Source of the DNA: an uncultured Solirubrobacteraceae bacterium
GTDB lineage: Bacteria; Actinomycetota; Thermoleophilia; Solirubrobacterales; Solirubrobacteraceae
Assembly: GCA_963711985.1 (NCBI GenBank)
Contig: CAVQGG010000001.1
Location: forward strand, 157,287-221,286
DNA length: 64,000 bases
Direction of reading: 5' to 3'
The position numbers and the translations under genes are program-made. Position 1 is the first letter of the stretch. Each line of letters opens with the position of its first letter. The notes under the pieces are model-generated. The model searched no databases, was not told the origin of the DNA, and worked only from the letters and a program-made list of their open reading frames with translations. Positions 49,521-61,313 of the stretch are shown piece after piece.

Positions 49521-50137
49521 CGCTGCGCGCCAGCTCACGCGTCCTGCTCGCCGGCCTACTCGGCCTCGCCGCCGCCCTGCTCGTCTCCTGCGGCAGCTCC
49601 AACGACAGGCTGATCCCCGTCGCCGACGCCGGACCCCTGCAGAGCGACTTCGAAGCGGTCGCACAGGAGGCGGAAACCGGCAACGGGAGCTGCTCCGCGA
49701 CCGAAGCCGCGATCGCAAAGACCGAGCAGGACTTCGGCGCGCTCCCCGCCACCGTCGACGCCGGCCTGCGCAACACGCTGCGCCAGGGCATCGAGAACCT
49801 GCGCGCGCACGCGCTCGCCCTGTGCGCGCAGCCGCTCGCGCAGACCACCGCCACCACCACCCCCAAGACCACCACCAGCACCGGCACCGCCACCACGACC
49901 CCCACGACCCCCGCGACCACGCCAACGACCACCCCGACGGCCACAGCGCCGAGCACCACCCCGACCACGTCCAGCCCCGGAGGCGGCACGCCCGCGCCGG
50001 GCGCCGGCGAATCCTCCCCGGGGGCCGGCAACGGGCAGGGTGGCGGCACCGGCGCCGGCGAAGGCGCAGCCGGGGCGGGTGGCGGCGGCTCGGCCGGCAG
50101 CGCGGAAGCCGGCGGCGAACGGGAAGCCGGCAAATGA
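49517..50137 (+). CDS. Lipoprotein with Thr/Gly-rich tail
   Basis: Lipobox LVSC; ATGA overlaps on both sides. Confidence 0.75.
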   Translation: MTLRASSRVLLAGLLGLAAALLVSCGSSNDRLIPVADAGPLQSDFEAVAQEAETGNGSCSATEAAIAKTEQDFGALPATVDAGLRNTLRQGIENLRAHALALCAQPLAQTTATTTPKTTTSTGTATTTPTTPATTPTTTPTATAPSTTPTTSSPGGGTPAPGAGESSPGAGNGQGGGTGAGEGAAGAGGGGSAGSAEAGGEREAGK

Positions 50138-51363
50138 GCGTCGGCGACATCGCCGGGCGCTACCGGCTGGAGGGCCGGCTGGGCTTCGGCGGGATGTCCA
50201 CCGTGCACCTCGCGCGCGACCTGCGCCTCGAGCGCCCCGTCGCGGTGAAGCTGCTGGCCGAGCATCTCGCCGACGACCCCGCCTTCGTGTCGCGCTTCCA
50301 GCGCGAGGCGCAGGCCGCCGCGCGCCTGGTCCATCCGAACATCGTCCAGGTCTTCGACTCCGGCCGCGACCAGCGCACAGGCCAGTATTTCATCGTGATG
50401 GAGTACATCGAGGGCTCCTCCTGCGCCGAGATCCTCCGCGACCACGGCTGGCTGGAGGTGGACGAGGCCGTGTCGATCATCGAACAGGCGTGCGAGGGGC
50501 TGCACTACGCGCATCGCCACGGCGTAGTCCATCGCGACGTCAAGCCCGGCAACCTGCTGCGCTCCCGCGAAGGCGAGGTCAAGCTCGCCGACTTCGGGAT
50601 CGCCAAGGCCACAGAGCAGTCGAGCATCACCCAGGTCGGCTCGGTCCTCGGCACCGCCGCCTATCTCGCGCCCGAGCAGGCACGCGGCGAGGAGGCGGGG
50701 CCGAGCGCCGATCTGTACGCGCTCGGGGTCGTCACCTACCAGCTGATCTCCGGGCGTCTGCCTTACGAGGCCACCTCGCTGACCGAGCTGGCGCTCAAGC
50801 AGCAGCAGGAGGAGCCGCCCACGCTCGATACGCTCGTCGCCGCCGTCAGCCCGGAGCTGGCCGCCGCGGTGGCGATCGCGCTCGCGCTCGACCCGCGCGA
50901 TCGCTACACCACCGCCCTGGAGATGCGACATGCGTTGAGCGACGGCGCCAGGGGCATCGCACCGGCCGAGCGCACGCGCAGCGCCGGGCGAGGCGGGGCA
51001 GGGTGGGGCGGGGCAGGGCGGGGAAGGGGATCTAATGCAGAGGCGACCAGCGTGCTTGCGAGCTCCCGGCGCTCGAGCGCGCCCTCCAGCACCGTCGCCG
51101 CCCGCCGGCCTCGCCCCGGATCACCCAGGGCGGCTGCCGCGACCGCCGCGCGGCCCAGCCCCGCCCCGGCGTCCGCCCGGCGCAGGTCGAGCCGCCTGCT
51201 CGTGGCCGTGCTCGCGCTGCTCGCGCTGGCGCTTGCGATCGTCGCCGTGGTGGTCTTGACCGCTCCCGCGCCGACCAAGGTGATGCTGCGCAACGTCGTC
51301 TACTCCGACGTCCAGCAGGCCTCCTCGGCCCTCAAGCAGCTCGTCTCCGAAAACACCCAGTAG
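50134..51363 (+). CDS. Hanks-type Ser/Thr protein kinase with a single TM
   Basis: LGFGGMSTV, VAVK, HRDVKPGN, DFG, YLAPE. Confidence 0.95.
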   Translation: MSVGDIAGRYRLEGRLGFGGMSTVHLARDLRLERPVAVKLLAEHLADDPAFVSRFQREAQAAARLVHPNIVQVFDSGRDQRTGQYFIVMEYIEGSSCAEILRDHGWLEVDEAVSIIEQACEGLHYAHRHGVVHRDVKPGNLLRSREGEVKLADFGIAKATEQSSITQVGSVLGTAAYLAPEQARGEEAGPSADLYALGVVTYQLISGRLPYEATSLTELALKQQQEEPPTLDTLVAAVSPELAAAVAIALALDPRDRYTTALEMRHALSDGARGIAPAERTRSAGRGGAGWGGAGRGRGSNAEATSVLASSRRSSAPSSTVAARRPRPGSPRAAAATAARPSPAPASARRRSSRLLVAVLALLALALAIVAVVVLTAPAPTKVMLRNVVYSDVQQASSALKQLVSENTQ

Positions 51364-51420
51364 AGGGGGCGTTGACAGGGCGCCCACCCACCCCGCCCAC
51401 ACCACCCACCCGGCCCGCCC

Positions 51421-52044
51421 ATGCTCGCCGCCATCCTCGATGTCAAGCACCTGGTCCAGGTCTTCGGCTACCCGCTGCTGTTCCTGCTCGTCATGAGCGA
51501 GGCCGGCGGGGTTCCCATCCCGGGCGAGACTGCCCTGATCGCAGCCGCAGTCCTGGCAAGCCAGGGCAAACTCCAGATCGAGCTCGTCATCCCCCTCGCC
51601 GCCACCGCCGCCATCGTCGGCGACAACATCGGCTACGTGATCGGCCGCAAGGGCGGACGCTGGCTGCTGCAGCGACCCGGCGCCTTCCAGCGCCAGCGCC
51701 TGGAGGTGCTGCGCGTGGGTGAGCCGTTCTTCGAGGTCCACGGCCCCAAGGCCGTGTTCTTCGGGCGCTTCCTGCTCGGCCTGCGCATATGGGCGTCGTG
51801 GCTGGCAGGCGCCACGCGCATGCGCTGGCGCTCGTTCGCGCTGTGGAACGCGCTCGGAGGGATCAGCTGGGCCAGCGCGGTCGGACTGATCGCCTACTTC
51901 CTCGGCCACTCAGCCGGCAGCGCCCTCGAAGCCTTCGGCCTGTACGGGCTGGTCGCCGTGCTCGTGGCGATCCTCAGCGCGCTGGTCCTGCACCACCGCC
52001 ACGCCCGCCACCGACGCCACGGACGCAGGACGCCCGACGAGTAG
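51421..52044 (+). CDS. DedA family membrane protein
   Basis: GVPIPGETAL, GDNIGY.IGR, FFGRF. Confidence 0.92.
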   Translation: MLAAILDVKHLVQVFGYPLLFLLVMSEAGGVPIPGETALIAAAVLASQGKLQIELVIPLAATAAIVGDNIGYVIGRKGGRWLLQRPGAFQRQRLEVLRVGEPFFEVHGPKAVFFGRFLLGLRIWASWLAGATRMRWRSFALWNALGGISWASAVGLIAYFLGHSAGSALEAFGLYGLVAVLVAILSALVLHHRHARHRRHGRRTPDE

Positions 52045-52047
52045 CGC

Positions 52048-52533
52048 TCAGCAGCCGTTGCAGGGAGCGATGCGTTCCCACATGTCAGCCAGGCTGCCCA
52101 GCTCATCCTCGGAGAAATGCGAGAAGAACTGCTCCCTGATGACAGCCAGATGCGTTCCGCGCGCTTCTTCCAGCCGTTCGCGCCCCGTGTACGTGAGGCA
52201 CGCGTAGGAACCGCGGGCGTCGTGGTCGCACGAGCAGCGCTCCAGCAGCCCCTCCCGCTCCAGGCGGTCGACCAATCGCGTCAGACCGCTGCGCGACAGC
52301 TGCGCCTGCTCAGCCAGTTCGCACATGCGCATCCGCCCGCCGCTCGCCTCCTCCAGGTGGTGAAGCACCTCATAGGAGGTCATCGGCAGCCCGTGCGCCT
52401 GCTCCAGCTCGGCGTCCAGTCGCTTGGCCAGGCACGCGTGCGCCCGCAGCAGCCCGCGCCAGGCGCGCAGCTCCCCCAATGTCAGGGTCTCCTGCTCGGA
52501 GTGGGCGATCTTGACGGCGGTGACGGTCGACAT
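52048..52533 (-). CDS. MarR-family regulator
   Basis: RMCELA...LSRSGLTRLVDRLE...DARG...LT..G. Confidence 0.9.
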   Translation of the reverse strand: MSTVTAVKIAHSEQETLTLGELRAWRGLLRAHACLAKRLDAELEQAHGLPMTSYEVLHHLEEASGGRMRMCELAEQAQLSRSGLTRLVDRLEREGLLERCSCDHDARGSYACLTYTGRERLEEARGTHLAVIREQFFSHFSEDELGSLADMWERIAPCNGC

Positions 52534-52603
52534 GGCGGTCCGATCCAACAGCCTTCTCAATCGAACATAGCAGCGCCGGCACGCAGCGCTCGGGCGATCG
52601 CCG

Positions 52604-53059
52604 TCATCGCCGCGTCGCCCTCCACGCCCACAGCATCATCAACGGCTGCAGCGGCAGCCGCGCATACAGCGCCCAGCGCGGAATCCTGCGGAAGCGCCCA
52701 GGCTCGCGCGCCATATGCACGTTCGCCGGGAACACCGCCGCCAGCAGCGCCACCAGCCCCAAGCCCGACACGCGGCGCGTCCACGGCAGCAGCACCCCCA
52801 CGCCACCCGCGATCTCCGCCACCCCGCTGAGGAGCACCAGCCGCTTCGCTTCGTCCTGCAACCGCGGCGGCACGATCTGCTCGTACGGCCGCGGCATCAC
52901 GAAGTGGTTCACCCCCGCACCGATGAAAAACGCCGCCAGCAGGCCCCGCTGGCCGATCTTCGATCGGTGACGCCCCGCTGCCGGTTCCCGCTCATCTGAG
53001 GCCACCTCTGCTCCTTCCTGCAACGCGCACCCCCATCCCCCGGCCGGTAGGCCGTCCAT
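52604..53059 (-). CDS. DoxX-like membrane protein (start uncertain)
   Basis: AGVNHF...SGVAEIAGG...AVFPANVHMA...RLPLQ. Confidence 0.8.
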   Translation of the reverse strand: MDGLPAGGWGCALQEGAEVASDEREPAAGRHRSKIGQRGLLAAFFIGAGVNHFVMPRPYEQIVPPRLQDEAKRLVLLSGVAEIAGGVGVLLPWTRRVSGLGLVALLAAVFPANVHMAREPGRFRRIPRWALYARLPLQPLMMLWAWRATRR

Positions 53060-53066
53060 TGAAAAT

Positions 53067-54668
53067 CTAGCGACCCTCGATCAACGACCGCCCCGTCATC
53101 TGCGCAGGCTGCTCGATCCCCAGCGCCTCCAGCACCGTCGGCGCCACGTCCGCCAGGATGCCGTCACGCTCGCGCAGCGCTGCGCCCGAGCTCGTCAGGA
53201 TCAGCGGCACAGGGTTCAGCGAGTGCGCCGTGTTCGGGCTGCCGTCAGGCTCGAGCATGTGGTCGGCGTTGCCGTGGTCCGCCGTCACCACGCACGCCCC
53301 GCCGCTCTCGTGCACGGCGCCCACCACCTCGCCCAGGCACTCGTCCACGGTCTCCACTGCCTTCACCGCCGCCTCGATCACCCCCGTGTGCCCGACCATG
53401 TCCGCATTTGCGAAGTTGATGATCCCGAACCGCGGCCGGTCCTGGCGCCACGCGCCCACAAAAGCCGCCGCCGCCTCGCGCGCGCTCATCTGCGGCTTGT
53501 GGTCGTACGTCGGCACGTCCCGCGCCGAGGCCACCATCTCGCGCCGCTCGCCGCTCAGCGGCGCCTCGTCGCCCCCGTTGAAGAAGTACGTCACGTGGGC
53601 ATACTTCTCGGTCTCCGCCACGTGCAGCTGGGACGCCCCGGCCTGCGCCAGCACCACCGACAGCGTGCTCGCCGGATGTTCCGGCGAGAACACCACCGGG
53701 TACGGCCAGCCCTCCTCATAGCGGGTGAGCGTCGTATATCGGGCGATCGCCTGGAGTCCCCCGCGGCCCGTCCACCCCGGGAGGGCCGGCTCCAATCCAT
53801 CCTCGGGCGGGTGGGGGCCTTCTCCGAAGCCCGGCTCCGCCAGCGCGCGCGTCAGCTGGCGCATCCGGTCGGGGCGGAAGTTGAACGCGATCACGCTGTC
53901 CCCCGGGCGGATCGTCGCCTCCCCACCGACAAGCGTCGGCTCGATGAACTCGTCCGTCTCGCCCCTGCGATACGCATCCTCCACCGCCTGCTCGCCGCTG
54001 TCCGCATGGTGCGGCGCGCGGCCGTGGACGAGCATGTCGTACGCCCGCTGCGTGCGTTCCCAGCGCCGATCGCGGTCCATCGCCCAGTAGCGCCCGACCA
54101 CCGACCCCACCCGCGCGCCCGACGCGTGGTCGAGCTCCCTCAGATATCCCGCCCCGGCGTGCGGAAGCGTGTCGCGACCGTCGGTGAACGCGTGCACCAC
54201 CAGGTCCCTCACCGCCAGCGCGTGCCCCAGCGCGATCAGCGCACGCAGATGGTGCAGCGACGAGTGCACCCCGCCGTCGGACACCAGGCCCAGCAGGTGC
54301 ACCCGCTCGGCGCCCGCGAATGCCGCCCGCAGGACCTCGTTCTCGGCCAGCGACCCGTCCGCGACCGCGTCGTCGATCCGCACCAGGTCCTGGCGGACCA
54401 CCGCCCCCGCGCCCAGGTTCAGGTGCCCCACCTCGCTGTTGCCCATCTGCCCTTCCGGCAGCCCCACCGCGCGCCCACACGCGGTCAGGGTCGTGTGCGG
54501 ATAGGAGTCCCACAGCTCGTCGAACACCGGCGTGCGCGCCAGCGAGATCGCGTTGCCCGGACCCGGCTCGGCCACGCCCCACCCGTCGAGCACCACCAGG
54601 CAGGCGCACGGCACCGGTAGGCCGCGAGGGCCCACAGGCAGGCTCGCGGGGCCGGTCGGGACGCTCAT
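53067..54668 (-). CDS. gpmI: 2,3-bisphosphoglycerate-independent phosphoglycerate mutase
   Basis: LDGWG, QMGNSEVGH, AETEKYAHVT, DMVGHTG, TADHGN. Confidence 0.97.
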   Translation of the reverse strand: MSVPTGPASLPVGPRGLPVPCACLVVLDGWGVAEPGPGNAISLARTPVFDELWDSYPHTTLTACGRAVGLPEGQMGNSEVGHLNLGAGAVVRQDLVRIDDAVADGSLAENEVLRAAFAGAERVHLLGLVSDGGVHSSLHHLRALIALGHALAVRDLVVHAFTDGRDTLPHAGAGYLRELDHASGARVGSVVGRYWAMDRDRRWERTQRAYDMLVHGRAPHHADSGEQAVEDAYRRGETDEFIEPTLVGGEATIRPGDSVIAFNFRPDRMRQLTRALAEPGFGEGPHPPEDGLEPALPGWTGRGGLQAIARYTTLTRYEEGWPYPVVFSPEHPASTLSVVLAQAGASQLHVAETEKYAHVTYFFNGGDEAPLSGERREMVASARDVPTYDHKPQMSAREAAAAFVGAWRQDRPRFGIINFANADMVGHTGVIEAAVKAVETVDECLGEVVGAVHESGGACVVTADHGNADHMLEPDGSPNTAHSLNPVPLILTSSGAALRERDGILADVAPTVLEALGIEQPAQMTGRSLIEGR

Positions 54669-55458
54669 CGCGCGGCCGCCGCCACGATCTGCGCGAACGA
54701 CTCCGCCTCCAGCGACGCCCCGCCCACGAGCGCGCCGTCCACATCCGCCAGCGCCAGCAGCTCCGCCGCGTTCTCCGGCTTGACCGATCCTCCGTACAGG
54801 ATCCTCACGTCCCGCGCCGCCTGCCCGTCCCGGTCGCCCACCAGCGCCCTGATGAACGCCATCGCCTCCTGCGCCTGCTCGGGCGTGGCCACCCTGCCCG
54901 TGCCGATCGCCCAGATCGGCTCGTACGCGATCACCACCTCCGCCAGCCGCTCGCTCGGCACCCCCGCCAGGTCGTCCCTGACCTGCTGGCGCAGCTTGCG
55001 ATCGGTGTCGTCGTTGTCGCGCTCCTGCTCCGTCTCGCCCACGCACACGATCGGCACAAGCCCCGCGGCCAGCGCCGCCGGAATCTTCAGCGCGAGCGCC
55101 CTGTCCGTCTCTCCGAACATCGCCCTGCGCTCGGAGTGCCCCAGCACCACGCCGCGCACGTCCAGCTCGCGCAGCATCGGCGCCGACACCTCTCCTGTGT
55201 ACGCGCCCTCCGGCTCCTGGTGCATGTTCTGCGCATACACCTCCACGCGCGATCCCCGCGCGCTGTCCACCATCGCCCGCAGGTCCGTGAACGGCACGCA
55301 GATCGCCACCTCCACGCCGTCCACCGCCGACACGCGCGGCAGCAGCCCCTGGATGTGCTCCTCCGCCTGCTCCTGCGTCTTGTGCATCTTCCAGTTGCCC
55401 GCGATCAGCGGCGTGCGGGTGGGCGGGGTGGGCGGGGGCCCGGACGACTGGGCCTCCA

Positions 55459-55459
<1 letters not shown>
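54665..55459 (-). CDS. tpiA: Triosephosphate isomerase
   Basis: AGNWKM, GHSERR, AYEPIWAIGTG, YGGSVK. Confidence 0.97.
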
Positions 55460-57728
<2,269 letters not shown>

Positions 57729-57941
57729 TCATCAGGAGTCGCTGGCCGATCGGAGATCCCATCCGATCGCCGATCGGTCCATCGCCCGGCGTGCCCGGGG
57801 AGGCTATCAGCGCGCCGCCTCCCCGCGACCGGGCGCACCAGCGTGCGGCGACTCCGCGGCGCACGCGCGGCGACTCCGCACTGTTACTTCGCTTTCGTCG
57901 AGCGTATAACCATCGCTATACGCTCGCCGCCGGGGACTCTC

Positions 57942-58892
57942 TCAGGCGTTGCCCGGGGACCTGTCGATGTCCCGGTGAGCAACCGCCACGTCGAGGTCGT
58001 CGTGACCGCGGTAGCGCTCGGCCAGGTGCTCGGCGATCGCCACCGAGCGGTGGCGGCCGCCGGTGCAGCCGATCGCGATCACAAGGTGGGCCTTGCCCTC
58101 GGCGACGTACTGCGGAAGCAGGAAATCGAGCAGCGCCTGCAGCCTGACGTAAAGCTGCTCCAGCCGCCCGTCGCGAGCGATGTACTCGACCACGGGCTCG
58201 TCCAGCCCCGTCAGCTCGTGCAGCTCCGGCTCATAATGGGGATTGGCCAGGAAGCGCACGTCGAACGCGAGGTCCTCCTCGCGCGGCGGACCGTGCTTGA
58301 ACCCGAAGCTCATGAACGTCACCGACAGCCGGCCGACGGTCTTGCGGGGAAGAAACTCCTCGGCGATCTTCTCGCGGAGCATCGCCGCGGACATGCCCGT
58401 CGTGTCGATCACCATGTCCGCGCGGCCACGCAGCGGCTCGAGCAGGGCGCGCTCGGCCGCGACCCCCGCCGCGATGCTGCCCTCCGGCGCCAGCGGGTGG
58501 CGGCGGCGGGTCTCCTTGTAGCGCGTCACCAGTGTCTGCTCGGCCGCCTCGAGGAACAGCACGTGGTGGGAGAGGCCGAGGGCGTGCAGGTCATCGACGA
58601 CCGCCCGCAACGCTTCGAAGTAGACGCCCCCGCGAACGTCCGACACGACCGCCGCGCGCTCGACCTTCGATCCCTTGTGCACGAACAGCTCCACCAGCGA
58701 GCGGATCATCTCCGGCGGCAGGTTGTCGACGCAGAAGTAGCCCGCATCCTCGAACACGTTCATCGCGGTCGACTTCCCCGCGCCGGAGAACCCGGTGATC
58801 ACCACGAGATCCTCCAGGCGCGACTCGATGACCGGCTCGCCGGGCTTCCCGCCGGCGGCTCGCAGCGGACGCAGGGGCCTGATCACGGCCAT
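57942..58892 (-). CDS. rapZ: RNase adapter RapZ / YvcJ
   Basis: TGFSGAGKS, CVDNLP, ETRRRHPL, SFGFKHG, GCTGGRHRSV. Confidence 0.95.
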   Translation of the reverse strand: MAVIRPLRPLRAAGGKPGEPVIESRLEDLVVITGFSGAGKSTAMNVFEDAGYFCVDNLPPEMIRSLVELFVHKGSKVERAAVVSDVRGGVYFEALRAVVDDLHALGLSHHVLFLEAAEQTLVTRYKETRRRHPLAPEGSIAAGVAAERALLEPLRGRADMVIDTTGMSAAMLREKIAEEFLPRKTVGRLSVTFMSFGFKHGPPREEDLAFDVRFLANPHYEPELHELTGLDEPVVEYIARDGRLEQLYVRLQALLDFLLPQYVAEGKAHLVIAIGCTGGRHRSVAIAEHLAERYRGHDDLDVAVAHRDIDRSPGNA

Positions 58893-58927
58893 CGCCTGCA
58901 TTGTGCCGCGCGGCGCGGACAAGCGGG

Positions 58928-60829
58928 TCAGCCCGCGCGGTGGAGGTGCCCGTGCAGCTCCCGGCCGACCTTCGCCGGCAGGCCGGGCACCGCCTGAAGC
59001 TCCTCGCTGGAAGCCGCCACTATCGCCTCCGGCGAGCCGAAGTGCGCGAGCAGCGCACGCTTGCGCGACGGGCCGATGCCCGGCAGCTCGTCCAGCAACG
59101 AGCTCTTCATCGCCCTGTCGCGGCGGCTGCGGTGGTGGGTGATCGCGAAGCGATGCGCCTCGTCGCGCACGCGTTGGAGCAGCTGCAGCTCGGGCGTCGA
59201 GTGTTCGAGCGCCAGCGGCGAGCGACGGCCGGGCAGGAAGATCTCCTCGATGCGCTTGGCCAGCGACACGACCGCCACGCCGCGGTCGCGGAAGCCCCGC
59301 AACGGCCCCAGCCCGGCCGCGAGCTGCCCCCTGCCGCCGTCGATCACCACGAGGTTCGGCAGCGACGCAAAGCTCTGGTCATACGCGGGGTCGTGCGGTG
59401 AGATGTCCGCCTGGCGCTCCCACTGGGCGAAGCGCCGGTCGAGGACCTCGGCCATCGCCGCATAGTCGTCGGAGGACCCCTGCACCGTACGGATCGTGAA
59501 GCGCCGGTAGTCGGCCTTCTTCGGCGCCCCGCCCTCGAAAACGACCATCGAGGCCACCGTGTGCGTACCGCCGAGGTTGGAGATGTCGAAGCACTCGATG
59601 CGAATCGGCGGCGCGTCCAGGCCGAGCGCCTGCTGCAGACCCTCCAGCGCCTCCACCCGGCTCTGGCGGCGGCGCTCGGAGCGCAGCCGCTCCTGGTCGA
59701 GCGCCAGCAGCGCGTTGCGCTGGGCCAGCTCGAGGATCCGGCGCTTCTCGCCGCGCTCCGCCGCGCGCAGCTCCACCGGCCCGCCGCGGCGGCTGGAGAG
59801 TGCGTCCGCCAGGGCCGGGCGCGGGGTCAACCCGCGCTGGACCACCAGCAGCGCCGGGATCGACGTTGAGCCGCCGTAGTACTGGAGCATGAACTCCTCC
59901 CCCACCTCCACCAGATCCCGCTCGGCCTCGTTGGCCAGATAGAAGGACTGGCGGTCCGAGAGCACGCCGTCGCGCACCTGGAAGACCTGCGCGTTGGCGT
60001 CGCGCCCGTCGACCGCCACGGCAACCGCGTCGAACGTGCCCACCGACTCGCTGGTCACACGGCGGCGCTCCAACAGCGAACGGACCGCGTGCAGCCGGTT
60101 GCGCTCCAGCGTCGCCTGCTCGAACTCCTCCGCCGCCGCCGCCGCACGCATCCGCGCCTCCAGGTCGCGCTCGATCGCCGAGAAGCGCCCGCCCAGGAAG
60201 TCGATGACGCCGTCGATGCTCTCGCGGTACCCCTCCCTGGAGACGTATCCCACACACGGAGCCCCGCAGCGCTTGATGTAGTAGTCCAGACACGGGCTGC
60301 CGCTGCGCCGCCCGGGCTCAGGCCCTGTGCACGAGCGGAACATGAACACCTTGGCCAGCACCTCGAGCGTGGCGCGCACCCGCTTGGCGTTCGAGTACGG
60401 GCCGAAGTACGCACGACCGGGACGATGGCGCTCGCGCGTGAAGTACACGCGCGGGTATGCCTCGTCGAGGGAGATGGCGATGAACGGGTAGGACTTGTCG
60501 TCGCGCAGGCGGATGTTGAAGCGCGGCCGGTACTGCTTGATGAAGCTCTGCTCCGCCAGCAGCGCGTCCGCCTCGGAGGCCACCACCACGCACTCGATTT
60601 GCTCGACGCTCGCAACCATCTCCGCGTGGCCCGGGCTGCTTGGCACCTGGGCCTTGGAGAAGTGCGAGGCCACACGCTTGCGCACCGACTTGGCCTTGCC
60701 GACGTAGATCACCCGGCCGTGCCCATCCCGAAACAGGTACACGCCGGGCTGGTCCGGCAGGGCGCGACGCTGCTGCGCGAGGCTCGCCTTCGCGTCCTGC
60801 CTGTCCGTCATCTCCCCGGTTGCCGCCAT
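58928..60829 (-). CDS. uvrC: Excinuclease ABC subunit C
   Basis: PGVYLF, YVGKAK, IECFDIS, IDGG.GQL, RDEAHRFA, HhH. Confidence 0.97.
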   Translation of the reverse strand: MAATGEMTDRQDAKASLAQQRRALPDQPGVYLFRDGHGRVIYVGKAKSVRKRVASHFSKAQVPSSPGHAEMVASVEQIECVVVASEADALLAEQSFIKQYRPRFNIRLRDDKSYPFIAISLDEAYPRVYFTRERHRPGRAYFGPYSNAKRVRATLEVLAKVFMFRSCTGPEPGRRSGSPCLDYYIKRCGAPCVGYVSREGYRESIDGVIDFLGGRFSAIERDLEARMRAAAAAEEFEQATLERNRLHAVRSLLERRRVTSESVGTFDAVAVAVDGRDANAQVFQVRDGVLSDRQSFYLANEAERDLVEVGEEFMLQYYGGSTSIPALLVVQRGLTPRPALADALSSRRGGPVELRAAERGEKRRILELAQRNALLALDQERLRSERRRQSRVEALEGLQQALGLDAPPIRIECFDISNLGGTHTVASMVVFEGGAPKKADYRRFTIRTVQGSSDDYAAMAEVLDRRFAQWERQADISPHDPAYDQSFASLPNLVVIDGGRGQLAAGLGPLRGFRDRGVAVVSLAKRIEEIFLPGRRSPLALEHSTPELQLLQRVRDEAHRFAITHHRSRRDRAMKSSLLDELPGIGPSRKRALLAHFGSPEAIVAASSEELQAVPGLPAKVGRELHGHLHRAG

Positions 60830-60860
60830 CGCTCCGAGGATAGGCCCCGTGGTGGGGAGC

Positions 60861-61238
60861 TCAGTAGGTGCGGTAGGCGCGCCAGTGGCGGTACACCACC
60901 AGCAGCGAGTACACAACGCCGCCGAGCAGCACGAACCACGCCAGCTCGCCGAACCCCGTCTGCCACATGCGCACTCGCGCCACGTACTCGAACACCGCCA
61001 GCGCGACCGCCCCGTACAGCAGCGCCCGGTGGCTATCGCCGAGGCTGTGCAACGCGATGCGGTGTTCGCGGTACAGGCGCAGGCCGAGATAGCCGACGCC
61101 CAGCCCGAACGCGACCCACAGCGCCGCTTCGAACGTGCTCGCCGCCCGCCCGCCCCCCGGCAGGAAGTACACGGCCGCCGCGATCGCGAGCACGATGGCC
61201 ACGTTGCGGGCGGTCTTGAGACGGTCGGACACACACAC
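60861..61238 (-). CDS. Hypothetical membrane protein
   Basis: Four hydrophobic segments; co-oriented with neighbours. Confidence 0.7.
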   Translation of the reverse strand: MCVSDRLKTARNVAIVLAIAAAVYFLPGGGRAASTFEAALWVAFGLGVGYLGLRLYREHRIALHSLGDSHRALLYGAVALAVFEYVARVRMWQTGFGELAWFVLLGGVVYSLLVVYRHWRAYRTY

Positions 61239-61313
61239 AGACTAGCTTCAGGACATCGAGCGTCTGCTCGACGCCAGCGGCACGACCGCACGTATCCGCA
61301 CCGTCCGAGCCCG

